From Alphaproteobacteria bacterium (GTDB lineage Bacteria; Pseudomonadota; Alphaproteobacteria; Rs-D84): a stretch of DNA of 64,000 nucleotides. The translations under genes and the position numbers were made by a program. Location of the stretch: positions 1,517 through 65,516 of the forward strand of contig JAKSTC010000005.1 in assembly GCA_024402765.1 (NCBI GenBank), given 5' to 3'. The notes beneath the pieces are model-generated. The model was not told where the DNA came from and searched no databases. It worked only from the letters and a program-made list of their open reading frames with translations. Shown here one piece after another: positions 59,099 through 64,000 of this stretch. Within the stretch, counting starts at the first letter, position 1; each line of letters opens with the position of its first letter.

Positions 59099-60238
<1,140 letters not shown>

Positions 60239-60260
60239 TTATTCTGATATTATAAGCGTT

Positions 60261-60605
60261 ATGCGAGATACGATAAAAAAACATAGTGATTTTATAACTG
60301 ATATGGATGTGCCAATTGCGCGCAGCCACTTTTTTTTAGTCAAAATCGTTCCAACACGTTTTGCTAACGGGGCACGATATGGAATCATGGCAACAAAAAA
60401 AACATTTAAATTTGCGTTCCAGCGCAATCGTGCAAAACGCCTGATACGCGATTGGGCACGTTTTTGTGAAAAATATATGATGCCCGAATATGATTATATT
60501 TTTATCGCCAGAACTGGCATTTTGGATGCCACCAGGGATGATGGCAGACAGGCAATGACAAAGGCCTTAAAATATCTAAAAGTTACAAATGGCACAAAAA
60601 AATAA
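60261..60605 (+). CDS. rnpA: ribonuclease P protein component
   Basis: KKTFKFAFQRNRAKRLIRDW (RNR motif region), 114 aa, upstream of yidD. Confidence 0.8.
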   Translation: MRDTIKKHSDFITDMDVPIARSHFFLVKIVPTRFANGARYGIMATKKTFKFAFQRNRAKRLIRDWARFCEKYMMPEYDYIFIARTGILDATRDDGRQAMTKALKYLKVTNGTKK

Positions 60606-60828
60606 ATCTTTTGGTGCACGCGTCGCACTGTGGCTTATTAACACATATCAAAAATATATCTCCCCGGTTATTGGCGGAAAATGTGTATGCAGGTATATAC
60701 CGACATGTAGTGAATACACCAAACAAGCGATTGAAAAATATGGTTTTTGGCGTGGCACTATAATGGGGATTAAACGAATTTCACGTTGCAGGCCCGGTGG
60801 CGGGTTCGGATACGACCCTGTTCCTTGA
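60589..60828 (+). CDS. yidD: membrane protein insertion efficiency factor YidD
   Basis: YQKYISPVIGGKCVCRYIPTCSEYTKQAIEKYG...RISRCRPGGGFGYDPVP. Confidence 0.88.
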   Translation: MAQKNKSFGARVALWLINTYQKYISPVIGGKCVCRYIPTCSEYTKQAIEKYGFWRGTIMGIKRISRCRPGGGFGYDPVP

Positions 60829-60885
60829 CAATTTACTTAATAATGGTAAAATTATAGATGATATTAACTATAAAAGGATTTTTGT

Positions 60886-61311
60886 ATGACTTCTTTTCGT
60901 GCAACTGTTGAAAACATGTCCAAGATTATGGACGACATGGGAATAACAGAACTTGATTTAGAACGCCAATTTTTGTTTGGTGTATATCGCAAACATATTC
61001 ATTTATCCAAGGGGGCAACGGTTACTATGCCGACAATGCCGGTTGTGACACCGAACAAGGCCCTTGACAGCGTAAAAACAAACGCATTAACATCACCAAT
61101 GGTTGGGGTTGTGTATTTATCCCCTGAACCAAACGCAAAGCCATTTGTTACCGTTGGTGCACACGTGAACGCGGGTGATACAGTTGCATTGGTAGAGGCT
61201 ATGAAGACCTTTAATCTAATCAAAGCGGACAAAGACGGAACTGTGAAAGAAGTTTTGGTTACCGATGGTGCCGCTGTTGAATTTGGTCAACCATTAATTA
61301 TTATTGAATAA
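60886..61311 (+). CDS. accB: acetyl-CoA carboxylase biotin carboxyl carrier protein
   Basis: Biotinylation motif VEAMKTFN and SPMVGVVY. Confidence 0.9.
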   Translation: MTSFRATVENMSKIMDDMGITELDLERQFLFGVYRKHIHLSKGATVTMPTMPVVTPNKALDSVKTNALTSPMVGVVYLSPEPNAKPFVTVGAHVNAGDTVALVEAMKTFNLIKADKDGTVKEVLVTDGAAVEFGQPLIIIE

Positions 61312-61313
61312 AA

Positions 61314-62663
61314 ATGCCAAAAATAAAAAAAGTTTTAATCGCTAATCGTGGCGAAATCGCATTGCGTATAATTCGTGCATGTCGTGATATGGGTATTCGA
61401 ACGGTCGCCGTTTATTCAACCGCAGATAGGGATGCGATGCACACACAACTGGCTGACGAATCTGTATGTATTGGGCCAGAAGGCGCCAAAGATTCGTACC
61501 TTAATGAATCTGCAATTTTGACCGCCGCCTTATTAACAAATGCGGATGCGATTCATCCGGGGTATGGTTTTCTGTCTGAACGCGCAGACTTTGCGCGCAA
61601 GGTTGAACAACATGACATGATTTGGATTGGTCCAAGTCCGGACATGATTGAACAAATGGGGGACAAGGTTAACGCCAAACAAACCGCAAAAAAGTGTGGG
61701 TTGCCTGTTGTTCCGGGTTCTGATGGCGCAATCAAAAGTTTGAACGATGCACTTAAATGGGCAGACAAAATCGGTTATCCTGTAATGTTAAAGGCGGCGG
61801 CCGGTGGTGGTGGTCGCGGTATTCGTGCCGTCAATTCCCGCGAAGATATGGCAGAAGCGTATCAAGTAACAAAGAATGAGGCACAATCTGGTTTTGGCGA
61901 TGATACACTGTATATGGAAAAATTGTTGTTGCATCCACGCCATATAGAATTTCAGATTTTGGGTGACAAACATGGCAATGTTGTTGTATTTGGTGAACGC
62001 GATTGTTCTATGCAACGTAAAAACCAAAAACTTATGGAAGAATGTCCTGCGGCAATTTTAACACAAAAGCAACGCGATGATATGATTGAAATTTGCAAGG
62101 ATGCCGCAAAAAAAATGGGCTATACAAACGCCGGCACATTTGAATTTATGTTCGAAGATGGCAAATTTTATTTCCTTGAAATGAATACCCGTCTACAGGT
62201 GGAACACCCGGTAACAGAGGCTGTATATGGTATCGACCTGGTTCGCGAACAAATAAGAATTGCCGCCGGTGAAAAGTTGGGATACAACCAATCAAATATC
62301 GTTCCACATGGTCATGCGATTGAATTTCGTATCAATGCCGAAGACCCTAAAACATTTGTTCCAAACCCTGGCAAAATCACACTATACGCACCATCGGGTG
62401 GACTGGGCGTGCGTGTAGATTCTGCAGTTTATACGGGTTATACAATTCCATCAAACTATGATTCAATGATTGCAAAATTAATTGTTCATGCACAAAATCG
62501 TCCTGCATGTATTATGCGTGCCGATAGGGCATTAGAGGAATTTGTGATAGATGGAATAAAAACAACAATTCCACTACAGAAAAAATTACTGGCAAACAGC
62601 GATGTTCGACAGTTAAAGATTGATAATCATTGGTTGGAAGAATACTTAAAAAAGTCAGAATAA
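61314..62663 (+). CDS. accC: acetyl-CoA carboxylase biotin carboxylase subunit
   Basis: KVLIANRGEIALRIIRAC, GYPVMLKAAAGGGGRG, EMNTRLQVEHPVTE. Confidence 0.95.
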   Translation: MPKIKKVLIANRGEIALRIIRACRDMGIRTVAVYSTADRDAMHTQLADESVCIGPEGAKDSYLNESAILTAALLTNADAIHPGYGFLSERADFARKVEQHDMIWIGPSPDMIEQMGDKVNAKQTAKKCGLPVVPGSDGAIKSLNDALKWADKIGYPVMLKAAAGGGGRGIRAVNSREDMAEAYQVTKNEAQSGFGDDTLYMEKLLLHPRHIEFQILGDKHGNVVVFGERDCSMQRKNQKLMEECPAAILTQKQRDDMIEICKDAAKKMGYTNAGTFEFMFEDGKFYFLEMNTRLQVEHPVTEAVYGIDLVREQIRIAAGEKLGYNQSNIVPHGHAIEFRINAEDPKTFVPNPGKITLYAPSGGLGVRVDSAVYTGYTIPSNYDSMIAKLIVHAQNRPACIMRADRALEEFVIDGIKTTIPLQKKLLANSDVRQLKIDNHWLEEYLKKSE

Positions 62664-62676
62664 AAATACTTTATTG

Positions 62677-62704
62677 TTGCAATCAGCGTTTTGTTTGATA
62701 TAAT
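62677..62704 (+). promoter_or_regulatory. intact tRNA-type promoter TTGCAA-N16-TATAAT-N11 in front of the truncated tRNA-Val copy
   Basis: TTGCAA 62677-62682 and TATAAT 62699-62704, with 11 nt to G62716. The hexamers and spacings equal those of the intact tRNA-Val promoter, while the spacer sequence differs. Confidence 0.55.
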
Positions 62705-62715
62705 GCCTACGCTTT

Positions 62716-62756
62716 GGGTGGTTAGCTCAGTTGGCTAGAGCGTCACGTTGACATCG
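62716..62756 (+). pseudogene. truncated tRNA-Val (first 41 nt only, ending 2 nt past the anticodon loop)
   Basis: 41 of 41 identity with positions 1-41 of the tRNA-Val at 42617-42693 (opposite strand). The sequence diverges at 62757 (AGACTATCC...), and no T arm or acceptor 3' strand follows. Confidence 0.88.
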
Positions 62757-62977
62757 AGACTATCCTTTCAATTATTTATTTTTGTTTTTTCCTTGTTTTC
62801 TGCGGGTTACGACGTTTTTTTATTCATTTTTTATCACATTTTTTATTATTTAGGAGCATTTTGAGAGCATTTTTTGTTTTTTAGTTCTAATAAACATAGA
62901 TGGGTAGATGCTCACAGATACAGAACATAAATTATCTCTTTATGGACTACTCCTAGGTAAGGTGAAAATGCAAAAAA

Positions 62978-63307
62978 ATGATAATTACAAATATTGAAAG
63001 ATCAGAAGCCAAAGATAAGACAGACAACCAAATTGCTTATGAAATAGCACTTACAATAGACAATATGCTCGTTATTTCGGGTATATATGTGCTTTATACT
63101 TATTGTGATAATGGGGCACCATACACTATAAAATGGCCCTTAAATGTGACGATTTTTAATGATGAGTTTCTTTCCAGTATAGAGGCCCAGATTCTTGATG
63201 GTCTGGATAAAATCCCTCTTAAAGAAAAACTTAAGCAAAAATTACAATCTTACACTCATGGAATATTTACAGAAGAATTGATAAAAATCATAGATAAAAC
63301 AGTTTAA
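62978..63307 (+). CDS. hypothetical protein (109 aa)
   Basis: Intact ORF in AT-rich inserted DNA. No motif recognised. Confidence 0.45.
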   Translation: MIITNIERSEAKDKTDNQIAYEIALTIDNMLVISGIYVLYTYCDNGAPYTIKWPLNVTIFNDEFLSSIEAQILDGLDKIPLKEKLKQKLQSYTHGIFTEELIKIIDKTV

Positions 63308-63317
63308 CAAGAGTAAA

Positions 63318-63917
63318 TTACCATCCCATGCGCTGGATAAAATTACTTACCGTAGATGGTTTAACATCCATTATCTTGGCAATTCTGTATCTGGTTAGCC
63401 CCATATCTAATAATTTTTTAACTTTTTTTGTGTTCCGGGATAGTTTCAGTTTTCTTGATTGTGCTGCAAATGGCCGTCCTAACTTTTTACCGGTTGCACG
63501 GATATTATCCAATGATGCTTTGGTGCGCTGGGATATCAGGTTGCGTTCAATTTCAGCAGATAGACCAAACGCAAACGCCATAACCTTTGATTGTATATCA
63601 TTACCAAGGCGGTAATTTTCCTTTAATGTCCAAACCTGACAATTCTTATTTAAACAAGTTTCCAGAATATGCATAACTTCTAGCAAAGAACGCCCAAGTC
63701 GAGATATTTCAGCGGCAATTAAAATATCACCGTCTTGTAATTCATTTAATAATTGCCCCAGTTGCCTTTTATCTAACGCTTGTCGCGAGCTAATAGTTTC
63801 TTCAACCCATTTATCTACTGCAATATTATTATGTTCTGCAAATTGCTCTATTTCATAGTGTTGATGTTCACAAGTTTGCTTATTTGAAGATACACGAATA
63901 TACCCAATAACTGACAT
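63318..63917 (-). CDS. serine recombinase (resolvase/invertase family)
   Basis: MSVIGYIRVSSNKQ (catalytic Ser10 context), ISRLGRS, E-helix ERNLISQRTKASL, GRP linker and C-terminal HTH RIAKIMDVKPSTVSNFIQR. AAGGA RBS. Confidence 0.88.
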   Translation of the reverse strand: MSVIGYIRVSSNKQTCEHQHYEIEQFAEHNNIAVDKWVEETISSRQALDKRQLGQLLNELQDGDILIAAEISRLGRSLLEVMHILETCLNKNCQVWTLKENYRLGNDIQSKVMAFAFGLSAEIERNLISQRTKASLDNIRATGKKLGRPFAAQSRKLKLSRNTKKVKKLLDMGLTRYRIAKIMDVKPSTVSNFIQRMGW

Positions 63918-63958
63918 TTTTTAATCCTTTGGTTGATAAAAATACTTCAATTTAATAG

Positions 63959-64000
63959 AACGATTGTTTAATAAGTTGCTTAATTCAAATCTATAAACAG
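63959..64000. repeat. 42-bp block conserved upstream of both recombinase genes (copy 2; runs to the window edge)
   Basis: AACGATTGTTTAATAAGTTGCTTAATTCAAATCTATAAACAG matches 51716-51757 at 38 of 42 positions. Confidence 0.8.

Overview
AT-rich bacterial chromosome segment. The gene content (alpha-type SspB, type-B ribosomal protein L36, an isolated virB3-virB4 pair, scattered mre genes) suggests a reduced, probably alphaproteobacterial and host-associated genome. That is inference and I cannot verify it here.

Layout:
- (i) 1-13.2 kb: very AT-rich accessory region that looks like a mobile-element remnant. It holds a 1433-aa Upf1-like SF1 helicase fused to a DUF559/Vsr-like nuclease, a DUF4236 membrane protein, a divergent lipoprotein-type PLD (Nuc-like) nuclease behind a structured leader RNA, a small operon with a DUF3768 protein, a HUH Rep-like protein, two paralogous unknown proteins, an orphan C5 cytosine methyltransferase, and about 1 kb of non-coding DNA containing a GC-rich structured block.
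- (ii) 13.25-16.6 kb: virB3-virB4 followed by a translationally coupled secreted HExxH protein.
- (iii) 16.9-42.7 kb: housekeeping genes (rpmJ, ychF, dnaG, topA, rodA-mrdA-mreD-mreC, rpmI-rplT-pheS-pheT, nth, ileS, tRNA-Thr, mnmG, fabG-fabD, queH, metG, tRNA-Val).
- (iv) 42.7-51.85 kb: AT-rich surface-polysaccharide island next to tRNA-Val (two GT8, two GT2, rfbF/rfbG CDP-hexose genes), ending in a divergent serine-recombinase-like gene.
- (v) 51.9-62.7 kb: core genes (CaCA antiporter, split MacAB-TolC-type efflux, tRNA-Cys, recF, sspB, mreB, rnpA, yidD, accBC).
- (vi) from 62,716: a promoter-bearing, truncated second copy of the first 41 nt of tRNA-Val, inverted relative to the intact gene, followed by another AT-rich insertion with an intact serine recombinase.

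No CRISPR array, rRNA gene or recognisable IS element is visible.

Most interesting:
- the helicase-nuclease / DUF4236 / PLD cluster, a candidate defence module that is Mokosh-like but not canonical;
- the riboswitch-like leader in front of the PLD gene;
- the inverted tRNA-Val duplication with paralogous recombinases, which suggests a split or inverted genomic island.

All functional calls come from motif recognition by eye; no database search was run.
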